Source of the DNA: Azolla caroliniana
Lineage: Eukaryota; Plantae; Polypodiophyta
DNA length: 64,000 nt
Direction: 5' to 3'
Assembly: GCA_043228905.1 (NCBI GenBank)
Contig: JBHGNT010000036.1
Coordinates: forward strand, 217,520-281,519
Shown here: positions 11,285-23,069 of the stretch, one piece after another
Position numbering within the stretch: position 1 is the stretch's first letter
Layout: the number at the start of each line of letters is the position of its first letter
Program-made: the position numbers and the translations under genes
The notes under the pieces: model-generated
Told to the model about the DNA's origin: nothing
Databases searched by the model: none
Seen by the model: only the letters and a program-made list of their open reading frames with translations

Positions 11285-14200
11285 TGTTGAGAGACAAGCT
11301 CAACATTTGTGCGTAATACGATGCATAACCAGTGCGTAGACTGGGTGCATAAAACCGGTACGCAGACCGGTGCGTAGAAAGGCCGTATTGGTGCGTAGAC
11401 CGAAATGCCGTTAGAAAGATATTCCTCGTAAGGAATACTTTTGGGAGTAAGTGTCGAGGCTCATTTATGAGCAGTCAAGTACTGTCAGTACTTGTGTCAA
11501 CCCATTGTCAGGGCTTGTATAAAAGTGCTCACTGAGCACATCCTATGTACAGATTGAAGATTATTTTTGAATTTAACTTCTCGTGTTACTCTCTCTCTCT
11601 GTCTCTCCCGCGTATACTGAGTAAGCTCAAGCTCTCCATTAAACCTGAGTTTTCTTCCTTCTATTCGGTCTTCATACTTGCTTCTGCACGTTACTTTTTA
11701 CATGGTATCAGAGCGTGAGGGTTGAGAACCTCTCTGCAGCCGACACAGCTTGACGAAGAAGAACAAGAAGAACGATGGATAGAGGCATGGCGAGCTCGCT
11801 TCCAACATAGAAGCTCAACAGAACCAACTACGCGTCTTGGTCCTACAAGATGCACCAATACTTGCTCGGGCACAGCTATTGGAGTTATGTTGAAGGAGCT
11901 AATGACGCGGCACCCGAATCGACACACAGAGACTTCTTGTCGTGGGAGCAATCGGCAAGCAGGGTATTATACTACTTCGCGTCGTGTGTGGGCGAACAAC
12001 TATTGAGCTATGTTCGGGATGCAAAGACGCCGAAGGGTGCGTGGGAAAATGTGAAGAAGATTTTCGCCGCGAGCACCACAGCCAGGAAGCTTCAGCTCCG
12101 ACAGGAGTTGAGCAACCTACGACAACGCGACTTGTCGGTGGCAGACTATACCTCGAAGATCAAGGATATCTGCGACTCCCTCGCCTCCATAGAGGTGAAC
12201 ATCGAGGAGAGCGAGATGGTCCAAATCTGTCTCGGAGGTTTGGCGTCGAAGTTTGGAGCATTCCGAACGGCTGTGTGTACCCGGGAGAATATGCCGTCCT
12301 TTTTCAACTTACAGTCAATGCTCCTGGTAGAGGAGAACCACGCGGGTGCGTCTACAAGCACACACACCGACAACATAATGCTGTACACGGAGGGAGATAG
12401 GCCCCGTGGACGTGGAGGACGAGGCGAGTCGGCGCGTAATGGAGGCGGCCGACGAGATCAAGGAAGAAGGCACCGAAGTGATGCCGACAGCAACTCCGGA
12501 CCCTCCGAAAACAGGGGGAGTCGAAGCGATCAGAGCCGGCAAGGGAAGGCCATCACGGAATGCTGGTACTGTGGCAAGAAAGGCCACAGGGAGAGCGAGT
12601 GCTGGAAGAAGTGCGCCGAGTCGGAGAGGTCTGGTTCCGGACATACCGACAAAGGAAATCGGCAGCGATCGCACTACGCCGAAGGATCCGGAAAAGCCGG
12701 AGAAGGGTCAGTCTTCGTGACGAGACACGAAGCAAACTCAATGAAGCAGTCTGCCTCGCAATCAGACGAGGTGTGGTATGTCGACTCCGACGCGTCAAAC
12801 CATGTGACGTGGCACAAGGAGTGGTTCTCATACCTTGAGAAACCGACGCAACCAGGAGTAGTCGCAACTGGAGACGACACTCCGCATCTGATTGCGAATG
12901 TCGGTGAAGTTCCCTTGAGCCATGTCGGGCAGAAAGGGAAACTTATGAACGTGTTACACGTCCGGATCATCACGAAGAATCTGGTGTCGGTCGGGTAGAT
13001 CGTCGACCAGGGGATGCAGGTTCGGTTTACGCATCTTGGGTGCTTCATTGAGGAAGAAGGCCGTATTATTGCGCAAGGGCACAAAGATGGGAGGATGTTT
13101 ATCCTCGACTCTACTGATGGTGGCACCGCAATGTTTGCGAAGGGAAAAAAAGTCGAGTCAGACATCGACTTATGGCACAAACGGATAGGCCACGTCAACT
13201 ACCAATGGCTTCAAGACCTGCAATCGAAACAAGTGGTGTTTGGATTGCCCAAATTTAGTGGCCGGAAGGCACAAATTTGTGAAGCCTGCCAACTCGGGAA
13301 GCAACACCGACTTCCTTTCCCCAACGAGCGAAACCGGAGCCGGAACAAGCTCGACCTTATACACTTCGATGTATGGGGGCCGGCACAAAACGTTAGTCTT
13401 GGCGGGAGCCGATATTTCGTCTCCTTCATCGACGACCACACGCGGCACACGTGGATCTACCTCATTGAGAGGAAGAGCGAAGTCTTTGACTGTTTCCGGG
13501 ACCTCAAAGGGTTCGTGGAAACGGAAACGGGACGAAAGATCAAGTGCCTGCGGTCGGATAGCGGGAAAGAGTACTTTTCTGGTCAATTCAACGGTTATCT
13601 ACAACAAATGGGAATTCGGCGCGAATTCAGTTGTAGATACACGCCGGAGCAGAACGGCGTAGCCGAGAGGAAGAATCGGTCAGTTGTGGAAGCGGCACGG
13701 GCAATGCTGGAGGAGAAGAGCATGCCCAAGTTCTACTGGGCCGAGGCGGTAAGGACCGCGGTATACATCCAGAACCAGATCGGAGACAAAGTGTCGGCGC
13801 ACGAGCTATATTTCGGAACGAAGCCGAACTTGCGACACTTGAGGGTGTTCGGTAGCATTGCGTATGTGCATGTACCGAAGGAGAAAAGGAGGAAGCTGGA
13901 CGCAAAGGCCGAGAAATGCATCTTGGTCGGTTACTCGGACGAGCAGAAGGGTTATAAGTGCTATAAGCCTCGCACCAAACAAGCGCGTGTTAGCCATGAC
14001 GTTGTGTTTGACGAGTCCGCGTCCTGGTACCAGCCCCCGACTCCGAACCCCGACTCCAATCCGAGTTCTGACGATGAGGTCAGCGAGGCTGAGATGCCTT
14101 CGGATGAGCCCGAAATCGAGACCCGCGAAGAGCCGGCGAGTAGTGGAGACTCGGTCGTGCATTCCCCGCGCAGGAAGCCGAGGAGACGGCTTACGCGCAA

Positions 14201-16905
14201 AGAGAAAGGGAAGAAGAAGGTGTCGGATTCCGGCACGGATAGGGACGAGTCAGACCGACGCGAGTCCGACTCCGAGGGAACCGGTGATGGGACTTTAAAG
14301 GTGAAGTCCGCGTCGACCGAGAAGGCCTCGACATCGGCTGATGTGAGATTACGCCGATCTACCCACCAGAAGAATCCTGTTTTGCGGTTCGGATACAACG
14401 AGTACATGGCGCATCACTATGCGTACATGACCCGTATAGCGGAAGTGTGTGAGCCGGAGAGCTACGTAGAAGCGGCGAAGGACGCGAATTGGTGCACCAC
14501 GATGGAGGAAGAGATGCACGCATTGGCGGAAAACGAGACCTGGGATCTGGTTGACACACCGAAGGGTGTGAAGCCGATCGGATGTAGGTGGGTGTACAAG
14601 GTCAAGTACAACACCGACGGCTCGGTCAACCGATACAAGGCCCGGTTGGTGGCAAAAGGTTACGCGCAGAAACACGGCATTGACTACGATGAGACGTTTG
14701 CGCCGGTCGCGAAAATGACGACCGTCCGTGTTTTGCTCGCAGTAGCTGTGGTGAAGGGGTGGCACCTACATCAGATGGATGTAAAGAATGCGTTCCTGCA
14801 AGGTGACCTTGAGGAACAGGTGTACATGGTACAACCCCCCGGATTTCACTCTAGAACGAACTCCTCGGCAGTATGCCGACTGAAGAAGTCCCTTTACAGA
14901 CTGAAGCAAGCCCCGCATGCTTGGAACATGAAGATCACGCAACAACTGCGTCGGATGGGCTTCGTCACGTCAAAATCAGACTCTTCCCTGTTCATCCGGA
15001 AAGGTCGACTCAGACCGGTTAGTAGTCTACTATATGTTGATGACTTGGTCATCACGGGCGCCGACCTAGGTGAAATCGACCGCGTGAAGCTCCAGCTTGC
15101 GGCATCGTTCGACATGAAGGATCTGGGGGACCTTCATTACTTCCTCGGGATCGAAGTGATCCGCACCCCCGAAGGCATACTAATCAACCAATGTCATTAC
15201 GCGCTGAATATGCTCTTCAAATTCGGGATGGCAGACTGTAAGTCCGTCTCCACTCCTCTGGATAGGACTGTCAAGCTTCGCCCCAATTCCGGCAAGGTTT
15301 GCGACCTGACAAGGTTCCGACAAGTTGTCGGAAGCCTTATCTACTTGACAATCACCTGACCCGATCTCAGTTATCCGGTCGGGGTGATCAGTCAATTCAT
15401 GGCGCGACCTACCGAGGAGCACCTTCAATGTGCGCAACGCGTACTACGGTACGTCAGCGGCACTAAGGACCAGGGACTGCTATATCGGACCGATATAGCC
15501 TCGTAGTTGGTCGGCTACACCGATGCTGACTAGGCCGGCTGTGTCGCCGATCGCCGATCCACGTCCGGACATGCGTTCTCTCTTGGGAGTGCCGCGATAG
15601 CGTGGAGTAGCAAGAAGCAGCCGACAGTTGCACTGTCGAGCATCAAAGTCGAGTACAAAGGAGCGGCTGTCGCAACATGCGAAGCCATATGGTTGAACCG
15701 GCTACTTAAGGATCTGCAGGTGGAGGTGTCCGATCCAACGATGATCTACTACGACAACCTTAGTAGCATCCAACTCGCGAAGAACCCCGTCTTCCACGCA
15801 CGGACCAAGCACATTGAGGTGCACTACCATTTTGTCCGTCAGCGTGTCCTTTCTGGTGAAGTCGAACTTGAATATGTTCCGACAGATCGGCAGACGACCG
15901 ACATCTTCACCAAGCCTCTTGGTCTGGACAAGTTGCGGCAATTTTCGGGTGCGCTTGGGTTGTGTCACTTCGACGTGCCAAACTTGAGGGGGAGAAACGT
16001 CCTAGATGACCACGAAAGGGAGCAGGAAAGGAGCGGAAAAGACCTCGGATCGGCTGAAGAAGCCGAGAGCGGATCCGCGGAAAAGTCCGGAAGCGGACAC
16101 AAGGGGAGTAACCGAAAGAAAGAGCCAAAGCCAACCAGGCATGGGGGAGATGACGCCGTCAAGGGCAAGAAGACCGGAGACGAGTTGGAGACAACCAACT
16201 CGGACGAGAGCGAAAACCGATCGAAGGTAGCCGAGTCAGTGCGGATGTTTGATTCAGATACACTAAATAAACTGAGGGCCGAGCGGAAAAGAAGGCGGCA
16301 GGAGAAGCGCCAACACCGCGACAGCAAGGGACCTGTGAAGGGCCGTGGGAGCAGACAAGCAGACCAAAAGGGTCGAAGCGCGCGGAGTCGAATAGGCCGA
16401 GGAGCGCGAGTGAGGCGTGGAGCTAGGAGAAGCCGGAGCATAGGTCCGACAGAGCAGGCGGAACCTCAAGTTGAGCTTGAGGGGGAGTGTTGAGAGACAA
16501 GCTCAACATTTGTGCGTAATACGATGCGTAACCAGTGCGTAGACTGGGTGCATAAAACCGGTACGCAGACCGGTGCGTAGAAAGGCCGTATTGGTGCGTA
16601 GACCGAAATGCCGTTAGAAAGATATTCCTCGTAAGGAATACTTTTGGGAGTAAGTGTCGAGGCTCATTTATGAGCACTTAAGTACTGTCAGTACTTGTGT
16701 CAGCCCACTGTCAGGGCTTGTATAAAAGTGCTCACTGAGCACATCCTATGTACAGATTGAAGATTATTTTTGAATTTAACTTCTCGTGTTACTCTCTCTC
16801 TCTGTCTCTCCCGCGTATACTGAGTAAGCTCAAGCTCTCCATTAAACCTGAGTTTTCTTCCTTCTGTTCGGTCTTCATACTTGCTTCCGCACGTTACTTT
16901 TTACA
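11285..16905 (+). mobile_element. Complete Ty1/Copia LTR retrotransposon nested in the LTR of an older Copia
   Basis: 418-bp TG..CA LTRs at 11285-11702 and 16488-16905 (about 7 mismatches by eye). TSD GGTCG at 11280-11284 and 16906-16910. PBS TGGTATCAGAGC at 11703-11714. PPT at 16476-16487. Confidence 0.97.
11775..16493 (+). pseudogene. Copia gag-pol polyprotein with in-frame nonsense codons
   Basis: One frame throughout: gag, zinc knuckle CWYCGKKGHRESEC, protease WYVDSDAS, integrase HKRIGH..CEAC plus DDE, RT LLYVDDL, RNase H. Stops near 11808, 12996, 15357 and 15500-15535. Confidence 0.92.
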
Positions 16906-16910
16906 GGTCG

Positions 16911-16960
16911 AATGGGAGTCGGCCGAACATATGTATGTATATATACATACATACATATAC

Positions 16961-16992
<32 letters not shown>

Positions 16993-17591
16993 GTGTGTGT
17001 GTGTGTGTAGGTGTGTGTAGGTAATCGTATATATGTATATGAGATGAGTTAGTATATATAGTGAGAGTCGAACTAGCTGCGTTTGTATGTGGGATAACTT
17101 ACTAAGAGTAAAAACAGTGATAGAAGCGCGAATGTGAACTTAAGTAATTGAGCGCGTGAGGTGTAAGTGAATGTGTTGCAAGAGTAGAGCGATATAGAGA
17201 ACGATAGAATGCTAACACAATAGTGGTTGTGCAAGTGACATAGTGCAAAAGCTGAGCGTGAGAGGAAACAAAGAAATGAGAGTGAAACAGAGAAGAAAGA
17301 GAGACAAAACAGAGAAGCTTTGGAAGCTTCAAAAGTGACAGATACCTACAAGTTAGGGTTTGATGCACTCGGCTGAATTTGTGGTTTCAGATAACAACAT
17401 GACAGTACATCCATACCAAATCAGGTTCTATCATTCCATGTTTGTATTTCTTCTTGTCTCATAGTGGAAATTTCTGTTTGCCGTGGTTTTTCCCTGAAAT
17501 CAGGGTTTTCCACGTAAATCGCGTGCTCCTTGTTTTTCGTTTTGTTTGTGTCTCAGTATATTAGTGGTTTACGTCTGAGTAAAATCTTTCA
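16911..17591 (+). mobile_element. Remainder of the older Copia 3' LTR, including AT/GT microsatellites
   Basis: Resumes after the TSD and contains the U5-like motif gggttttccacgtaaat seen in Tnt1-type LTRs. Putative CA end at 17591 is approximate. Confidence 0.6.
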
Positions 17592-17724
17592 ATAGGGTCA
17601 TTGAAAACTTTGGGGTATTTTGGTAAATATTCAAACGTCAAGGGTATTTCTATTCAGATATTATTTTAAAACCAGTTGAAAACTTCGTCATAAAATTGTG
17701 ATAATTTGTTCTCCTTATTGGCAG

Positions 17725-19257
17725 AACAAGTACTTTGCGGCATCGTGCAGTAGACTTGAACCTGAAAATCTGTGCCAATGGCTATATTGCAGTTGTAGAC
17801 TTGCTAAAACTTGGAGTCAAAACAATGGCTGGGATACCGTTGAGTGTCTACACTGTGGAAGATGTAATGAAGATGCCACCTTGAACTGCACTAGAATAAG
17901 TTCCATAGTTTTAGCAATGACATATAAATCTTGCAAACAACTTTGATTGAGTCTTTGTGGCCTATGTTTCTCTATTGTTTGATAGTTTTTTATGCACACC
18001 TTTCTAGTTGTTTTATAGTTGGTTTTGACCATCACAACACAAATGTGGTAGTGACATAATTCATTGGTTTTTCTATCAACATGCAATATCTTTAATGATG
18101 GTTTATTTGTTTCACAGATTGGATTTTGACTCGAGAGATTAAAGATTACAAGAAAATACAGTGTTTTCATTCTTTTTGTTTTCTTTCTATCTACGTCTGT
18201 TTTGTTGGAGACTCTGGATTGTTTTCATGTTCTTATGTTCAAATTCTTGGTAAAGGCATATTTGTACATTGTAATTTGTGAGTGTTTTTTGTGTGGAATT
18301 ATTTGTGTAGGCTGTAGAACAAGACAATAAGCAACGTTTTGGATTATTGGAGGAAGATGGCGTCCTCTTGATAAGGGCTAATCAAGGACATAGTCTAAAA
18401 GTACGTGGAAAGCTATTTGAATCTAGTTTTGGAAGAGTTTCTCCAATTGGGAGATTTTTGCTTTTCTTGAGTGATTGGCTCTTTGTTTTAGGCCGTGGAA
18501 ACAGAGAAGTTGTTGAAACCAATCTTGTCAGCTGATGAAATTCCTGGTAAATTTTGGGAATTAAATCTACCATGTGTTTATTCTATGAAATTTTATAAGA
18601 ATGCCATTTGTGAATCATCATATCCCTTTATGGGAGCTTTCGATAGGCATGTGTAAATTAGTTCTCACTTTATATTATTTGACAGTTTGTATACATGGTA
18701 CTTCAATGAACAATCTCGATTTAATACTACGTTCTGGATTAAAAAGGATGGGGAGAAATCATGTACATTTTGCAACCGGTTTACCGACGGAGGATGGAGT
18801 AATAAGTGGTATGCCAATTATAATCAGGTTAAATCTGAAGTATATATTGAGATCAAACTTAATTAAGCCATGACTCTCTAAACTTTCCATTGGATTGCAG
18901 GAATGAGATCTTCCAGTGATGTTATAATATACTTAGATTCTAAGAAAGCCCTTGAAGGTCTGAGTTTTCATATGCTTCGTTTTGTATATGAATTTGTTCT
19001 ATCTACATCTACATAGACATGCCATATTGTGTCTGAGTTTTCATATGTTTCATTCTATATATAAATTTGTTCTATCTACATAAATATTCATGTGCCATAT
19101 TGTCTCCAGATGGCATGAAACTATATATGATAATGGAGTAATTTTGACGGAGGGATTTGATGGAGTTGTATTAGCCAAGTACTTTGCACAAGTTGCGAAG
19201 TGGAGAAAATGGAAAGTTGTTCCTTTGAATTTGACGGTTAAGAAAGATTTGGAATAA
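17725..19257 (+). pseudogene. TPT1: tRNA 2'-phosphotransferase (Tpt1/KptA) pseudogene
   Basis: Exons 17725-17872 (TLRHRAVDLNLK), 18311-18400 (DNKQRF..IRANQGHS), 18492-18546, 18686-18808 (CIHGT..GLKRMGRNHVHFA), 18901-18957 (GMRSSSDVIIYLD), 19110-19257 (NGVILTEG). Donor at 17873 is AT. Frameshift near 19128. First exon not found. Confidence 0.9.
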
Positions 19258-22200
19258 CACATGATCCTATTGCCTTTCTCATGACCCTAAAAAGCTATAA
19301 GGATCAGAGTGGGATCAAGGAAGGATGATCAGTCAAGGATTGTGGCGATGATTGAGAAGATGGTACTGTCAACAGACACTAATAGAGGGTACGTGCGAAG
19401 GGGGTGGGGGATATCTAAAAATCCAAAAGCAATGCATTTAGTACCAATTCCACTCCTCACATTTCTTATTGAGATTCATCTAAAAAAGGTATTTATGATC
19501 ATTTTTAATGGAATTCATAGCAAAAGGTATTATGTTCACTGTTTTCCAACAGGTTACTATGTGAAGTAGCCCATAGATGAACATTTATCTATCTGTAAAG
19601 ATATGCACACCAGTGAAATGTGGTTGATAAGAGTTCATTTAGCTCCTTTGTTTGGCATGCGTACATGCAAGGACTTTGAATGTTTAGGTGTGTCGTGATC
19701 AGTGTCATACTCTATCTTAAGATATTCTTCTCAACATCTTTCTCGAAGCTTTAAGTAAATGAGTTTGCCACGCAAGACCTTGAAAATCACTAAATTTCTT
19801 GATCTAGGACTTTGGATGGCTTTTTTGCATTGATTAGGAGTTCTTAAAAAGCTCTAGAAATAATTTTTGAGCAACAGAAGGTTCTAATATTCTTAGACTT
19901 ATGCAGGAATATTCAATGATCTCATTATATAACCCACCCATGGCTCAGGTCCATAGCTCAGAAGTTTTGGGTTTTTACCAATTTTATTGTGCAAGTCTTG
20001 TATGAAGTAATGCACTAGTCTTGTATTGAGTAATACTGTTTTGTGAAATCTCAACCTTTTATCATTTTGTATTTCATCCTTGTATACGTGACAATGTGAA
20101 TTAGATACATCATGATATAGCCATTTGAACCATAATAACATATATAGTTTTTACCTTTACAATGCACATCGTTGGATCTTGTCCTTTTCATACCTTAATG
20201 AATAACACTATCTCATATCATTGAATCTAATTCATTGAATACTAGAATTTAATGCTCCTCTTCATCAAGAACTTTTTCGAGGGGGATTTGTAGTTATAAG
20301 CTCTTCAATGGTGGCTTTGAATGTTTGAGAGCAATTTTTTTCGAGCTCTTGTAGCAAATCTTTGTAACATTTATTTGAATAATTATCAATCTCTTGTGTG
20401 CGCCAGTAGTTTGGCAAGACTCCCACCTTGGACTTGCCTTACCACAAGTTAGAATATGTAAGATTTTGCCTCCAATTTTCATGGGGCATCTAAATGGAAG
20501 GGTTGTGAGCATAACTTGAATATTAGAGTTCAATATTATAATGTCTTCAGCACAAAGTTCAATTGATCATAACGTGTGCACAAGTAGTATAGTAGTGATT
20601 GTTCATTGATAAATGATGCAATCAAGCCCCAAAGCTTTCTCCCCAAGCAATATCAATATCAATATCAAATTCACTACACTACAAAGCATGGTTACCTAGC
20701 ATAGGAACATTTTGGGAATGAGGATATAAATTCGAGAATGGAAGCTGGGGCCAATAGCACACAACATTTGAATTTTCAAATTTTGAATAGAAAAGTGATG
20801 CATAGGTACAAACTTATGAGCAAAAGCATGTCTAAGGACCAACATTTGACCAAATGCATGTTTAGTCAATCATATGTAACAATACTCGGTAGCCATTTGA
20901 ACATTCAAAATATTATGCAATATATTTCTACCTGTAATAAAACCATATTGAGATGGATGAATAAGTTGAGGTAAAAATTTCTTAAGTCTGTTGGATAATA
21001 GCTTTGCAAACACTATGTACAACCCTCCCATCAATGAAATAGGCAACCATTGATGAAATGACTCCGAAGATGGTACCTTTGGTATCAATTTGATTAAGCC
21101 CACCTTCCAGCTCTTAGGCATGAAACCAGAATCCCAACATTGTTGAAACATTTGTGTGAATGGACTCTTAAGCATGTTAGCATACTTCTTAAAAACTTCA
21201 TTTGTAACACCATCCCAGCCATGGCTTTTACCATTTGGACAGTGTAACAATACCTTTTCCACCTCAACTTCTTCAAAATCGGCATCCAATTGTTAACAAA
21301 TATTTGTATTCATGACACTCCCAATTACATTATAAAATTCTTGTCGCGCTTTCAAGACATCCTCATTAATAATCATCTCTGGCCCAATCAAATTCTTAAA
21401 ATGAGTAATACATAACTCAATAACCTTCATTGGGTATACAACAATGTCATCCCCTATCTTAATTTGTACCACATTTGTACGAGCATATGGCAGTCTTAAT
21501 CCTTGAAAAAACATATGAGATTGTGATTGATTATCTATAAATCCCTCCTTTAATTGGCGTAGTCTATAACTTTGACAAGACAAATTCTTCACAATTTCCT
21601 GTACTTGAACTTGAACATCCAAAAGTTCTTCATCATGCGGATTATTCATCAATAGTACATTGTATTGCGTAAGAATATATGAGAACTTATCAATCAATTT
21701 CTTACATCTTTTAGCATTAGTCATACCATACCTACGATGAATATCATTGATATTTTGTAGTGTTATATCCTATGCATGCCATCCTTTTGAAATAACTTGT
21801 TCTGAAAACATGCCAAAAATTTGTTGCATATAGGCATCAAATAAGGAATGTAATAATAACGAAGAATTAAACCTCAAAGGAACTCGATGAAGCAATGTTT
21901 TGTACATGTCTACCCCATGTTTTATTAAACTCAAAACATATGGGAAAATGATCCGATGTCACAACCTCTTGCATAATTGACATATTAAGCATCTCTAGCA
22001 AGGACTCATCATGCATAACATACATTCTATCTAACCTACTCGATGTTTCCTTATATTGCATAGACTGAAATGTAAACCCAACCTCATCTTGATGCAACCA
22101 ATTCCATACATCTAACTTCAAAACCTCTGATGCCAATTTGTCCCAAACTGCTTGCTCAAGAGAATCCATCAACGAGAATCTTTAAGTAGATTGTGAAGCA

Positions 22201-22496
22201 TCAACACACATATTAAAATCACTCATTATCAAACCAACACGGCCCAATGATAGTCGTGAATACATTGAAGACCATAACTCAATGCATTGATTAACACTAT
22301 TGGGTGCATAGATTTCTACCAACCATATCAAATCCTGAAAATACTTTACCTCCATCACCAAAAAACATCCATATGGACCATTATAGACTATATGTGGACA
22401 AAATGAATCACGAATAATCATGACAAACATCCATATGGACCAAAGTATACTTCGTATTCAAGAAGGGAAAACGAAGTGCAATGAGTTTAATGGTGC

Positions 22497-22799
22497 TCGA
22501 CCTTTCATGCGATTAGGAAATTCCACGGCAATGGTCCCGCGAATTCGAGAAGTTACCACCGGAATGGCCAGCCCAATTGCGAATTCCGCAACTGCCACCG
22601 TTAACACTAGTAAAGTGAGTGATTAACCCATCATATCATCCGAATAGACAGAAAATACCGGAGAGTTCAAATTGACAGCCAATAACATTAACTCAATTAG
22701 CATCGGCATAATAGTAATATTCCTTCTATTTGAGAGAATTCCCTGAATACCTGAAAGAGAGGAAATCATGGAAAATGTCAAATATTTGACCAGATCCGT
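22497..22799 (-). pseudogene. nad4L: Mitochondrial NADH dehydrogenase subunit 4L, unedited genomic form
   Basis: 303 nt: (T)[72 protein letters not shown] at the start position and CGA at the stop position. Confidence 0.93.
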
Positions 22800-23019
22800 A
22801 AGAAAAAGTCTTTCTTCGTTTCATAAAAATCGTAGTGAGATTGGTTCTTTATAATCATGGCTGTTTAAAAAGAAGTGAAAAGGGGCAAGTAATCCCATAT
22901 ACCAATATAGCGAAAAGTGACCGAAGCATGATGCAGGTTCGGTTGAAAGGAAGAACCCGCTAGCCCGCCCTGAACAAGGGCAAAGCATTCCGTAGGTATA
23001 TAATCTAATGTGCACTTTC

Positions 23020-23069
23020 CGCATCCTACAGGACTTGAACCTGTGACCTTCAACTTAGAAGGTTGTTGC
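23020..23069 (-). tRNA. trnR: 5'-truncated organellar-type tRNA-Arg(UCU) fragment, non-functional
   Basis: Reverse complement gcaacaacc-TTCTAA-gttgaaggtc-acagGTTCAAGTCctgt-aggatgcg gives the anticodon arm, T arm and 3' acceptor strand. The D arm is lost at the NUMT junction. Confidence 0.75.

Larger units (their letters stand above)
22443..23069 (-). other. Nuclear insertion of mitochondrial DNA (NUMT)
   Basis: Contains a full-length nad4L, a spacer and part of a tRNA. LINE APE coding sequence lies on both sides. Confidence 0.9.

Noticed and set aside
11691-16677. Many overlapping and antisense ORFs inside the nested Copia
   Set aside because: Expected shadows of a GC-rich gag-pol frame. 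The 3' extension is hydrophilic, so it is not env-like.
18958-19109. About 70-bp imperfect tandem duplication in a TPT1 intron
   Set aside because: Ordinary intronic duplication with no further structure.
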